Of a stretch of 44,459 bases of DNA, positions 1 through 8,713 are shown one piece after another (the stretch's first letter is position 1; every line of letters starts with the position of its first letter). The notes under the pieces are model-generated. The model saw only the letters and a list, made by a program, of their open reading frames with translations. It ran no database searches and had not been told where the DNA came from. A program made the position numbers and the translations under genes. This stretch comes from a virus. The stretch lies in IMG/VR virus record IMGVR_UViG_3300010300_000001, one strand, 5' to 3'.

Positions 1-123
1 CACGGCTGAAACGCACCTGGTGCTGTCCCTTGCCGGAACTATCAGTACCGCGTTTGACGGCACGCTGGAGAGCTCTAGCAGCGTGTCCTGGGGCGCATGC
101 TCCAACGACGGCACGACCGTGAC
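1..123 (+). repeat. Terminal overlap, copy 1 (identical to 44337-44459)
   Basis: Base-by-base comparison: cacggctgaaacgcacctgg...gcacgaccgtgac is identical at both ends. Confidence 0.95.
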
Positions 124-1165
124 GCAAAACGCTGAGGCTTGGTCCTTTCAAGACGCAGTTACGACCACGCTCGATAGTGGCATCGTACACCTGGGCCGCA
201 TTGCGTCTCACGTAAGCAGCACGGCTTTGGGCGTTGCCTACGCGGCTAGTGGATTCAACGCGTCTACTGGTGCGTTTACGCTGACAACGGCTGGGGCTTC
301 AGCTACATCTGCTGAACGCCTAGCTGTAATGTTGTTCCATTTTCCGTCGAACGTGCAGGCCAAGGCGTTCAACCACGCGACGGAGACTTCAACCGGGACG
401 GCTGCTGGCGACCTTGGCTTTCCGCCGCAGTACCTGTGGTATGGGCTTTCGCTGATCAACGCGACAAACGCTGTGCGCACCAATGCCCAGGCAGGTTCCT
501 ACGGAAGCGGCCACGCAGACGAGACCGGTGTGGAGTGGTGCGCGTCGTACTCGGACCAGGACAATCAATCCACCAGCAACACGCAGTCGCTGGTCACTGA
601 GACGCTAATCAGGCTGCCTCTGCACTCAGGATCGGGCGGATACACGGCCAACGTGGATAGCTGGGATGCTGGCGGTTATACGCTGAACTACACTGCGGTG
701 CTCGGCAGCGGCCGTTACGTCATCGGCTATGCCATTGAGCAGGATGACTCGCTGGCCGAAACGATTGTGGAGTCAGCTGAGGCGTCAGACGATTTCACGG
801 CGCTGTACGAGCTCGCGCAGGTAGAGTTAGGTGAGGCGGTAGACGCTATTGCGATCAAGCATGACGATCCGTCTACCGAGTCCGGCGACGCCACCGACTC
901 TATTGAGTGGGCCCTGCTGGCCGACCAAGAGTTTCCAGAGGTGTCGGTTGCCGACTATGGATCGGTCGCAGACCAGATCATTTTCTCGCTATTGCTCGAG
1001 CAAGCGCAGCGGCTGTGGCAGCCTCAGGCGTCTGTTGGCTACGGCGAAGTAGCCAGCAATCGCCATTACATGCCGAAGCCGCAGGCGTCTACGGGGTCCG
1101 GGGCCACGTCGGCCAACTATCACTACATGCCTGAACCGCAGGCTATCGTTGGAGAATCACCATGA
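1..1165 (+). CDS. 3' part of the junction-spanning structural protein
   Basis: The track ORF 20..1165 starts at an internal Met. The same frame is open from base 2 and matches the frame at 43852-44459. The C-terminus has three roughly 19-aa repeats (xPQAS..G..ASN.HYMP). Confidence 0.7.
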   Translation, partial: TAETHLVLSLAGTISTAFDGTLESSSSVSWGACSNDGTTVTQNAEAWSFQDAVTTTLDSGIVHLGRIASHVSSTALGVAYAASGFNASTGAFTLTTAGASATSAERLAVMLFHFPSNVQAKAFNHATETSTGTAAGDLGFPPQYLWYGLSLINATNAVRTNAQAGSYGSGHADETGVEWCASYSDQDNQSTSNTQSLVTETLIRLPLHSGSGGYTANVDSWDAGGYTLNYTAVLGSGRYVIGYAIEQDDSLAETIVESAEASDDFTALYELAQVELGEAVDAIAIKHDDPSTESGDATDSIEWALLADQEFPEVSVADYGSVADQIIFSLLLEQAQRLWQPQASVGYGEVASNRHYMPKPQASTGSGATSANYHYMPEPQAIVGESP

Positions 1166-1542
1166 GCCAGGCCAGGCGCATCGGCCGCATTGAAATCGAC
1201 GAGCATGAACACGTCACCCTGATGGACCGCCAGGTCCTGAATGACGGGTCGTATCTCACCAAGGCCCAGACGAGCAGCATTCAACTGATTGTCTATAGCC
1301 AGTTGGGTGAGGAGGAGTCGTTTGCGCTAGACAAGAACACGGTCGTGGCTGACGTGCTACAGACCGATGAGTTCTGGTCCCGCGACAAAGTGGGCTACAA
1401 CGTCAAGTACACGCTCGACACGCAAGGCATCATGGAGGCCGGCCGCGAATACTCTGTGACGTTGGTTATCGAGACCGTGGACTGGGGGCCCAAATACAGC
1501 CAGTACAGAGTCAAGGTGCGTGACGTTCCTGGGGTGAGCTGA
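1162..1542 (+). CDS. Hypothetical protein (beta-rich, 126 aa)
   Basis: ATGA overlap with the upstream stop and TGATG overlap with terL. No motif recognised. Confidence 0.6.
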   Translation: MSQARRIGRIEIDEHEHVTLMDRQVLNDGSYLTKAQTSSIQLIVYSQLGEEESFALDKNTVVADVLQTDEFWSRDKVGYNVKYTLDTQGIMEAGREYSVTLVIETVDWGPKYSQYRVKVRDVPGVS

Positions 1543-2945
1543 TGGTTGCCAAAGGCCAGTACCGAGCTCGAGGCGCGGCCGCAGACCTGTTCTTCTGCGA
1601 AGACCCCGAGGTGTTGATCGAGGGCCCGGCCGGCACCGGCAAGACTCGCGCGGTGCTAGAGAAGATCAACTGGCTATGTCAGGAGGTCAAAGGCGCGCGC
1701 GCGTTTATTTGCCGCGCCACCAGGGCGTCTATGACGGAATCGGTGCTGGTCGAATTCGAGGAATCGGTGCTGACCCCGGGCAAGGGTATTCGCCCTAGGG
1801 GCGGATCTGTCGAGCGCAGAACTGCATACGACTACCCGAACGGGTCACACATGGTGGTGTCTGGCCTGGATAACGCCGACCGGATCATGTCGTCGCAGTA
1901 CGACTTTGCGGCGGTGTTTGAGGCTACCGAGATTGCGGAAAGCGACTGGGACAAGATCCAGACGCGTATGCGTCACAACAGGTTCAGGTATCAGCAGTCC
2001 ATTGCCGACTGCAACCCTGCCTTCCGCTCGCACTGGCTCAACCGCAGGGCCAGCAGGATCAGCCGTGAGGGCATCCCCATGATGACCCGGCTTCTGTCGC
2101 GCCACGAAGACAACCCATCCGTCACGGCCGAGTACCTGCGCCGACTGGACAACCTGGCCGGCGCGCGATACGAGCGTCTGCGCCTGGGGCTTTGGGTCGA
2201 TGAGTCCGGCGTCGTGCTCCCCGAGTTCGACGAAAGAATCCACGTCGTTAGCCCGCAGCATTCCCTCAACCCGGACGGAACAACCGCAATTGCCTATTAT
2301 ATTGGCGCAATTGACTGGGGCTTTCGCAACCCAGGTTGCTTTCAGGTTTGGGGTGTTACTTGGAACGACGAAATGTATCGCGTAGCCGAGGTGTACTTTC
2401 GGGAAAAGAGCCTTGACTGGTGGAGCGCGGTCGTTTCAGACGCCCACGAACGGTACAATCTAAGAACCATTTACTGCGATCCAGCCCAGCCGGAGCACAT
2501 AGCTATGCTCAACCGACGACTCGGCCCGCAGGGCGGGCGCAACGTCAACGCAATCGCGGTCAAGGCCAACAACGACTGGCTGGCCGGGCGCGACCTCGTA
2601 GCCGAGCTCTTGAAGCCGACGGATGGGTCCAGCCCCAAGATGTATCTGGTCAACTCGGCTAGTCGCTTCCGAGGCGTAGACAAGACGCTACGCGAAGAGC
2701 ACCTGCCCGTGTGTTCAGAGGAAGAGTGGCCGGGTATCACGTGGGATGAGGCCAAGGACGACAAACCCATCAAGGAGCGGCCGATGGCGGGCGTCCCTGA
2801 CCACGCGTTCGACACTACGCGCTATGCAGCAATGGGTGTCTGGGGCCGTGGCCTGGTGGAGGCGCCGCAGGACATTCAGCTGCCCGAAAACAGCGTCGGG
2901 GCAATCCTCGACTGGACCCGCGATCTGGGAGACGACTGGCAATGA
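1542..2945 (+). CDS. terL: Terminase large subunit
   Basis: Walker A GPAGTGKT at nt 1620-1643. C-terminal nuclease-type ending ...PDHAFDTTRYAAMG. 467 aa, immediately upstream of the portal-sized ORF. Confidence 0.9.
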   Translation: MVAKGQYRARGAAADLFFCEDPEVLIEGPAGTGKTRAVLEKINWLCQEVKGARAFICRATRASMTESVLVEFEESVLTPGKGIRPRGGSVERRTAYDYPNGSHMVVSGLDNADRIMSSQYDFAAVFEATEIAESDWDKIQTRMRHNRFRYQQSIADCNPAFRSHWLNRRASRISREGIPMMTRLLSRHEDNPSVTAEYLRRLDNLAGARYERLRLGLWVDESGVVLPEFDERIHVVSPQHSLNPDGTTAIAYYIGAIDWGFRNPGCFQVWGVTWNDEMYRVAEVYFREKSLDWWSAVVSDAHERYNLRTIYCDPAQPEHIAMLNRRLGPQGGRNVNAIAVKANNDWLAGRDLVAELLKPTDGSSPKMYLVNSASRFRGVDKTLREEHLPVCSEEEWPGITWDEAKDDKPIKERPMAGVPDHAFDTTRYAAMGVWGRGLVEAPQDIQLPENSVGAILDWTRDLGDDWQ

Positions 2946-4789
2946 TTCGGACAACGCCCAGCAACCTGTGGGACGAAATCGAGGCCGGCAAGGAGTACGT
3001 GTCCCGCCGGCTTCAGCAGCGACGCGACCTGATCGACAAGTACATTGGGCCGCATTGGGGTAGCAACCAAAGCGACCGTGCGGGCAACCAGGTGGAAAAC
3101 CACCCGTACGAGTACATTAGTCTGGTCCTGCCGCAGATCGTCTACAACAACCCGCAGGTAACGGTCGCGTCGCGCCGTACCACGCCGATTCACCGAATCG
3201 TGTCGTCGGCTTTGCAGGACGCCTTGAATCGGTGGATCAAAGATCAGCGCCTGTCGGACATGCTGCGCCAGGTGTGTTTTGACTACCTGACGGCCTGGGG
3301 CGTCACGCTGACGACGTACGAGGAGAACCGCAATATCAAGCTGCCGCGCTCAATGTCGCGGAAGCTCGGCTACACGAACCCCATGTGGCCGGTGTGCCGT
3401 CGGATTAGCCCGGAAGATTTCTTTTTCGACCATCGGGCGACAGAGCCGACAAGCCGCCGCTGGGAAGCGCACCGCAGACTCTACGACCTCGAGGATCTGC
3501 GCGTGATGGCAGAGGAAAACGAGGACGGCACGTGGGATGTGCAGGCAGTCAACGCCCTCAAGAGCGATGCTCCGCACCCAGAGGATGGGCGCGAGGGTGA
3601 ATACGGCCCGGACCGTGAGCAGATTTACGTCTATGAGATGTGGATCCCTGAAGACACGGCCGACAACGACGACAACGAGCACGGAACGATCTACACGCTC
3701 GTCAAAGGGCCTACCGAGTCCGAAGCGGACGATATCAAGTTCATTCGCAAGCCGCGGCCGTTCTACGGGCCCGAGACTGGACCGTACACAACCTTCGGCG
3801 CGTTCTACGTAAGCGATGAAGCCGCGGAGCTCTCGCCGCTGCTGGCCACCATGCAGCAGCAGGAGGAGGCCGACGAATTTGCGGCAGCGTTCAGCCGCGG
3901 AGCTCGAGACTACAAAAACCTGTTCCTGACCTCGGACAAGAAGCTGGCCGAGAAGGTTATCAACGAGCCGCACAACACGGTCCACGTCATGGATAGCGTG
4001 ATGTACGGATCGGACGGCAAGCCGAACTTTGCGGCCGTGGCCGTCGGAGGAGCTACGCGGGAACAGATGGAAGGTGTCGTGCAGGCTCAGCGCCGGCTAG
4101 AGCGCGTCACCGGCCTTTCCGACGCAATGCGCGGCCAGACCAGCACCGGCGACACGACGGCCACCGAGGAGCAGATTGCCTATCAGGGCGGCAGCATCCG
4201 TGTTGATGAGCTGCGCCAGAAGTTTCTCGGCTGCCTGACGCGAATGCTGCACGGCGTCGGCTGGCTCATGTTCACCGACTCGGACTTTATGATTCCGCTG
4301 AGTGGCGACGACTTCGGCCGCGACGACTTCTGGTTTGAGGGCGGCGCTGATAGCGGCGTGGTGGAGCTCGTCGGCATGAGCTACAGCGACCTTGAAGCGC
4401 ATATCGAGCCTTACTCGATGGAGCGCATTAGCGACTCGAGCCGCATGGCCCGGCTTGGCGCCGCGGCAGAGCGAGCGGTCGCCCTCGGTCAAGTTATGGC
4501 GCAAATGCCCTGGCTGAACTGGGAGGAGATCGTTCAGGACGTAGGCAACGCATACAACATGCCGGACTACGCCAGCCGCTTCAATTGGCCGGTGTTGCAG
4601 CAAATGTGGGAGCAGGGCGGCATGGCCGTTGAATCTCCTGGGACTGCCAGCGGCGCCAAGATCGCATCGGTTGCCCCCCCGGGCACGCAATCTGTCAGGG
4701 TGACGCAGCCTTCCATGATGCCAGGTGATGAGCCCAGTGGGCGATCGGCTGGCCAGGTAGCAAGAAGGGACGCTCCTGATGCAGTATGA
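2942..4789 (+). CDS. Portal protein (by position and size)
   Basis: 615-aa ORF with an ATGA overlap to terL, followed by scaffold-like and capsid-like ORFs. I cannot name a unique motif. Confidence 0.7.
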   Translation: MIRTTPSNLWDEIEAGKEYVSRRLQQRRDLIDKYIGPHWGSNQSDRAGNQVENHPYEYISLVLPQIVYNNPQVTVASRRTTPIHRIVSSALQDALNRWIKDQRLSDMLRQVCFDYLTAWGVTLTTYEENRNIKLPRSMSRKLGYTNPMWPVCRRISPEDFFFDHRATEPTSRRWEAHRRLYDLEDLRVMAEENEDGTWDVQAVNALKSDAPHPEDGREGEYGPDREQIYVYEMWIPEDTADNDDNEHGTIYTLVKGPTESEADDIKFIRKPRPFYGPETGPYTTFGAFYVSDEAAELSPLLATMQQQEEADEFAAAFSRGARDYKNLFLTSDKKLAEKVINEPHNTVHVMDSVMYGSDGKPNFAAVAVGGATREQMEGVVQAQRRLERVTGLSDAMRGQTSTGDTTATEEQIAYQGGSIRVDELRQKFLGCLTRMLHGVGWLMFTDSDFMIPLSGDDFGRDDFWFEGGADSGVVELVGMSYSDLEAHIEPYSMERISDSSRMARLGAAAERAVALGQVMAQMPWLNWEEIVQDVGNAYNMPDYASRFNWPVLQQMWEQGGMAVESPGTASGAKIASVAPPGTQSVRVTQPSMMPGDEPSGRSAGQVARRDAPDAV

Positions 4790-5090
4790 ATTTATGGACC
4801 TGGAGACTGGCGACTACCTGGTGATTGATATGCACCCGGATGAGGTATGCGCCATTGGCGAATCAATGAGCTATATCGACGGCCAAGTCGTAAGGGTGCC
4901 AAGCGTGCCGGCCACCTCGATGGTGCGCCGCAACGTGGCCTTTGTGTCGCGCAGCGAGCCGCGAACATGGAATGGCGAAGGGCCTGACCCTGCGCCTCGC
5001 CGTGACGCAAGCGGGCGTCCGGTGTTTCACAATCGCCGGGAAGCCGTGCAATACGGCCATGCAACCGGACACCCCTACGACGAACTATGA
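4779..5090 (+). CDS. Hypothetical protein between portal and scaffold
   Basis: 103-aa ORF overlapping the portal end by 11 nt, with an ATGA overlap to the next gene. The start could instead be Met6 at 4794. Confidence 0.5.
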   Translation: MQYEFMDLETGDYLVIDMHPDEVCAIGESMSYIDGQVVRVPSVPATSMVRRNVAFVSRSEPRTWNGEGPDPAPRRDASGRPVFHNRREAVQYGHATGHPYDEL

Positions 5091-6193
5091 GCGACGAAAT
5101 CGAAAACGCTGCTGACGCGGCCGTGGATCAGTACCTGAGTGGCATCACGCCGCGGACGCAGGGCAGCGATCCTGGAATGGATGATTCCGAGCACGCCGGC
5201 GCCAGAACCGAAGATCAAATGGACACGCTCTTGGCCAACCTCATGGCCGAGGAAGCGCTTACCAACTCTGTCGATCCGGCCGATGAGCTGCCGGCCGACC
5301 CAAACGAGGAGTACCAGTATGAAGAAGCCGGACTACCAGGCGAAGAGGCAGGCCAACGCAGCACGATCAGCAGCACTCAAGAAGAAGAAGATCAGCGGCA
5401 TCCTGAAGAGCAAGGGCTTCCAGGCGAAGCCGTCAGCAAAGGACATGCTCAAGAAGAAAATCGCGATGAAGGGCAAGAAGAAGTACAAGCCGCGCAACTT
5501 GGGCAACAATATGGGCAAGCTCTAGCAGTTCTGACCCAGAACGGGTGGACGCCGGCTGATGTTCTTCAGCTAGACCAAGCCGTCGCTATTGAGACGGCAA
5601 ACGCCCTTACGGGCGATGACACGAATCAACCGCAGGACGGTGAAGCCCCCTCGGCATCCGAACCTCAGGCCCTTCAGTTCGACATGGGTGAACTGACTCA
5701 GGCGCTTGAACCGGAGCTGGGGGAGGAGGCCACAAGCGCCCTCGTCAAGTTTCTAGGTGAGGCCATTGCGCCCGGGATTCATGCACGACTCCAAGAGCTT
5801 GAGTCGAACGCTGCCTGGTTGCGTAGCCAACACCTGGAGCAAGTGACGCAGGGCGCGCGTGCGAAGCTCCAAGGTAGCTACCCCGACCTTGCGGATGACG
5901 ATGTTTATGTGCGAGTCAAAGACCGCATGCGTCGTCTTGCCACTACCGGCGAGTACGAGAGCATCGAAACCCTGCTGGAGCACGCCTCCAGAATTGAAAT
6001 TCCTCAAGCTGCAAAAACAACGCGGGTGGATCGCTCGCGCAAGCAGCGTGGCCAGATGACGCCGCCTGGTCAGGCCAAGCCGAGAGGTGTGGTTTCCAAA
6101 GAGGATCGCGAGGACGCGGTGTTGAACGCGATTTCCAGCCCTGGCTATGAAGGCAACCCGCTTGCCGTTCGCCGCCAGGTCTACGGTCGCTAA
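5087..6193 (+). CDS. Scaffolding protein (putative)
   Basis: 368 aa, very acidic and E/Q/A-rich, low complexity, located between the portal and capsid genes. Confidence 0.55.
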   Translation: MSDEIENAADAAVDQYLSGITPRTQGSDPGMDDSEHAGARTEDQMDTLLANLMAEEALTNSVDPADELPADPNEEYQYEEAGLPGEEAGQRSTISSTQEEEDQRHPEEQGLPGEAVSKGHAQEENRDEGQEEVQAAQLGQQYGQALAVLTQNGWTPADVLQLDQAVAIETANALTGDDTNQPQDGEAPSASEPQALQFDMGELTQALEPELGEEATSALVKFLGEAIAPGIHARLQELESNAAWLRSQHLEQVTQGARAKLQGSYPDLADDDVYVRVKDRMRRLATTGEYESIETLLEHASRIEIPQAAKTTRVDRSRKQRGQMTPPGQAKPRGVVSKEDREDAVLNAISSPGYEGNPLAVRRQVYGR

Positions 6194-6207
6194 CCAACTG
6201 AAAACCC

Positions 6208-7401
6208 ATGAGTATTACTCTCTTCAACGACTTCATGACGGCCACTGACCAGACCGTGCTTACGAGCGCGAAAGAGCTGGTCAACGAAGCCGTCGAGCGT
6301 AGCTACACGTTCAAGCATCTGATGCGTGGCCAGCCCGACACCGAAGTGGTGCAGGGCGGATCCAAGATCACGGATCAGATCATGTTCGATGACCAATCCA
6401 CCTACGAGCAGGTGGCGCCGAACCAAACCTTCAACTGGAGAAACCCGCAGTCGCTCGAGCAGTGGGAGATCAACTGGCGCTTCGGGCTGGACCACATGGT
6501 CTGGACCGACCATGAGATCGAGCTCCAGGTGCCGGCCGGCCTGACTAGAACTGCGCGTTCGCGCATCTACAAGGACCTGAAGCACAAGAAGGAGCGGAGC
6601 ATGGCGACTTCGCTCATCAACGGACTCGAGGCCGAGCTTTGGGCTCTGCCGGTGTCTGCGGAGATGGAATCGGCTACGGGCAAGGCCCCGTACTCCATCC
6701 CTGCGCACATCAACGAGTACGCTGAGGGCAAGTATCCGGGCTGGACGACCAAGCAGGGTCTGCTTGGCGGCACCGGGTCTGGCGAGATTTCAGCGTGGCA
6801 GCCGACGCAGATTGGCTACACGTACCAAGACCTGGCGGCTATCACCACGGAAGAGCCGCTGTCCAACCCCAACGTCATTGCCGCGTTTGACGAGGCATAT
6901 CTGACGATTGGCTACGACGAGCTCCCGGGCTACCCCGGCATGGCTGAAGCGCCGAGCAACGCCAACATGATTCTGGCGTCGCTGGCCGGTGTGAACCTGT
7001 ATCGCCAGGCCCTGCGAACCGGCAACGACACTTACGTTACGCCGGACCGCCAGGACCCTGCCTACATGAGTCCGAAGTACGCGGGCATTCCTGTGGTCTA
7101 CGCCTCCAAGCTGGACACGGCGGCTCTGTACTCGACCGACACTTCGTCGGCCGGCAACGAGGTGACTGAGCTTGATACTGGCCTTACCGGTGCAGGCAAC
7201 GCCCAACACGACGGCCCCCGGTACTACTGGATCAACCGCAAGTACTTCCGCCCGACGTTCCACTCGCGCAGGTATATGTACAAGCACCCTGTGCGCGTGC
7301 ACCCGAACCAGCCCTCGACCCACGTTCAGGTTGTCGATTGCTGGCACAACTACCCGGTGCAGTCGCTTCAGCGGCACGCCATCGTCTACCCCAACGGCTG
7401 A
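6208..7401 (+). CDS. Major capsid protein (putative)
   Basis: 397-aa ORF directly after the scaffold-like gene, in the canonical head-module position, followed by a strong hairpin one gene downstream. Confidence 0.7.
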   Translation: MSITLFNDFMTATDQTVLTSAKELVNEAVERSYTFKHLMRGQPDTEVVQGGSKITDQIMFDDQSTYEQVAPNQTFNWRNPQSLEQWEINWRFGLDHMVWTDHEIELQVPAGLTRTARSRIYKDLKHKKERSMATSLINGLEAELWALPVSAEMESATGKAPYSIPAHINEYAEGKYPGWTTKQGLLGGTGSGEISAWQPTQIGYTYQDLAAITTEEPLSNPNVIAAFDEAYLTIGYDELPGYPGMAEAPSNANMILASLAGVNLYRQALRTGNDTYVTPDRQDPAYMSPKYAGIPVVYASKLDTAALYSTDTSSAGNEVTELDTGLTGAGNAQHDGPRYYWINRKYFRPTFHSRRYMYKHPVRVHPNQPSTHVQVVDCWHNYPVQSLQRHAIVYPNG

Positions 7402-7421
7402 TCTAGCTCAGGAGAACTGAA

Positions 7422-7889
7422 ATGACTTTCCTCATTCCCCCGACTGGAGGCCCGGGCAAAGGTCTGCACTTTGGACAGACCGGCTCTGTGACGCTGACCA
7501 ACTCGACCGGCGGCGCAGTGTCTCTTGGCGAAATCGTCGCTGTGGACCCCGGGGACACCGCCAACACGGCGACTCCGGGCAACGACTCCCGGTACGCCAT
7601 TGCCATTACGCCTGACGCTCAGGTGGGCCTGTTCTATGGCGTCGTGACCAAGGCCGGCGCGAACAACGCCGACATTCAGGTGACGTTTACTGGACGTTTC
7701 CAGAACGTGGCCATCACGGGCACGCCGGCGGCGGGCTCGCGACTCGCTTCGACTGGTTCGGACAAGACGCTTCAGGCCGTGCAGGCTGACGACCTTTGCA
7801 TTGCCTACTCTGAAACCGCAGGCGTGGGCGGGCTTGTCGATGTTGTCTTCGACGGCATCAACGGGTTCGGCCAGGGCGGCGGTTCTTGA
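7422..7889 (+). CDS. Small head-associated protein (DUF2190/decoration-like)
   Basis: AGGAGA Shine-Dalgarno 7 nt upstream of the ATG. 155 aa, Gly/Ala/Thr-rich beta protein next to the capsid gene. Confidence 0.4.
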   Translation: MTFLIPPTGGPGKGLHFGQTGSVTLTNSTGGAVSLGEIVAVDPGDTANTATPGNDSRYAIAITPDAQVGLFYGVVTKAGANNADIQVTFTGRFQNVAITGTPAAGSRLASTGSDKTLQAVQADDLCIAYSETAGVGGLVDVVFDGINGFGQGGGS

Positions 7890-7901
7890 TCTGACAACTA
7901 C

Positions 7902-7925
7902 GGGCGGCTCCTTCGGGGGCCGCCC
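7902..7925 (+). terminator. 10-bp GC hairpin with UUCG tetraloop after the capsid module
   Basis: GGGCGGCUCC-UUCG-GGGGCCGCCC (one G-U pair). No U tract follows. Confidence 0.5.
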
Positions 7926-7954
7926 CCTCCTGCTGTACTGGCCCACCTGACACT

Positions 7955-8713
7955 ATGAGCTACCACGCACGCGGACTTACGGCGTCCAATGCCATTGAGC
8001 ACGCTAGGTACACCGTCTTCGGTGCCGGCGCAGAATTTCCCGCGCATATCAGCCCCATTGGCCTGGTCAACGAGGCCGGCGAGTGGCTGGTGTCGGCGCA
8101 CCAGTGGGCATGGACGACCAGCCGGATAATGACGCTCGGCACTACGGCGGGCCAAGATCGCGTGCCGCTGCCGGATGACTACGGCGGCGACCTGGCTGAG
8201 CAGCAGTCAAACAGTCTCGTTGCTCGACTGCGACTGACCGACGTTGCCACGATCATTGACATGAAGGCGCACGATCCTGCCACCTCGCAGTTGATCACGT
8301 ACGCCGCAGTCAACTACTGGATCCCCCCGGAAGGTGGGGAGCCTGTTCCGCAGCTGCTGCTGCACCCCACCCCAACAGTCACAACCGAGGACGCGTTTAC
8401 GCTCGTCTACACGGCCAGGTGGCAGTACCTGCACGACCCGTCTGACCTGCTGGTCATGCCGGGGTACTGCGTGACGCTGTTCCTCGAGGTGCTGGTCGCC
8501 ATTGCGCGCGGGCGCATGGAAGAGGATCAGGGGTCCGTAGCTACGCGCCTACAAGGGCTGATGATGTCCGACCTGATGAGCGCGGCCAAGCACGCGGACC
8601 GACGGACTCAAAGCGACATGGGCCGCATGCGCCACACGCATACGTCGCTAGGCATTCCGCCGGTGCTGACGACCTTCCCGTATAACTGGACATACGCTAA
8701 CGGACCTTCCTGA
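7955..8713 (+). CDS. Head-tail adaptor/connector candidate
   Basis: 252-aa ORF between the head genes and the large tail protein. Call is by position only. Confidence 0.35.
   Translation: MSYHARGLTASNAIEHARYTVFGAGAEFPAHISPIGLVNEAGEWLVSAHQWAWTTSRIMTLGTTAGQDRVPLPDDYGGDLAEQQSNSLVARLRLTDVATIIDMKAHDPATSQLITYAAVNYWIPPEGGEPVPQLLLHPTPTVTTEDAFTLVYTARWQYLHDPSDLLVMPGYCVTLFLEVLVAIARGRMEEDQGSVATRLQGLMMSDLMSAAKHADRRTQSDMGRMRHTHTSLGIPPVLTTFPYNWTYANGPS

Noticed and set aside
1-123. The 123-bp repeat as a genuine T7-like direct terminal repeat marking the physical genome ends
   Set aside because: It lies entirely within an open reading frame that continues across the junction. That fits a circular-assembly overlap better. 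Only read-terminus data could settle it.
8573-8580. CUGAUGAG on the plus strand as a third hammerhead core
   Set aside because: It is inside a CDS, and the sequence after the putative stem II is GAC rather than GAAA. No GUH site or stem III partner exists.
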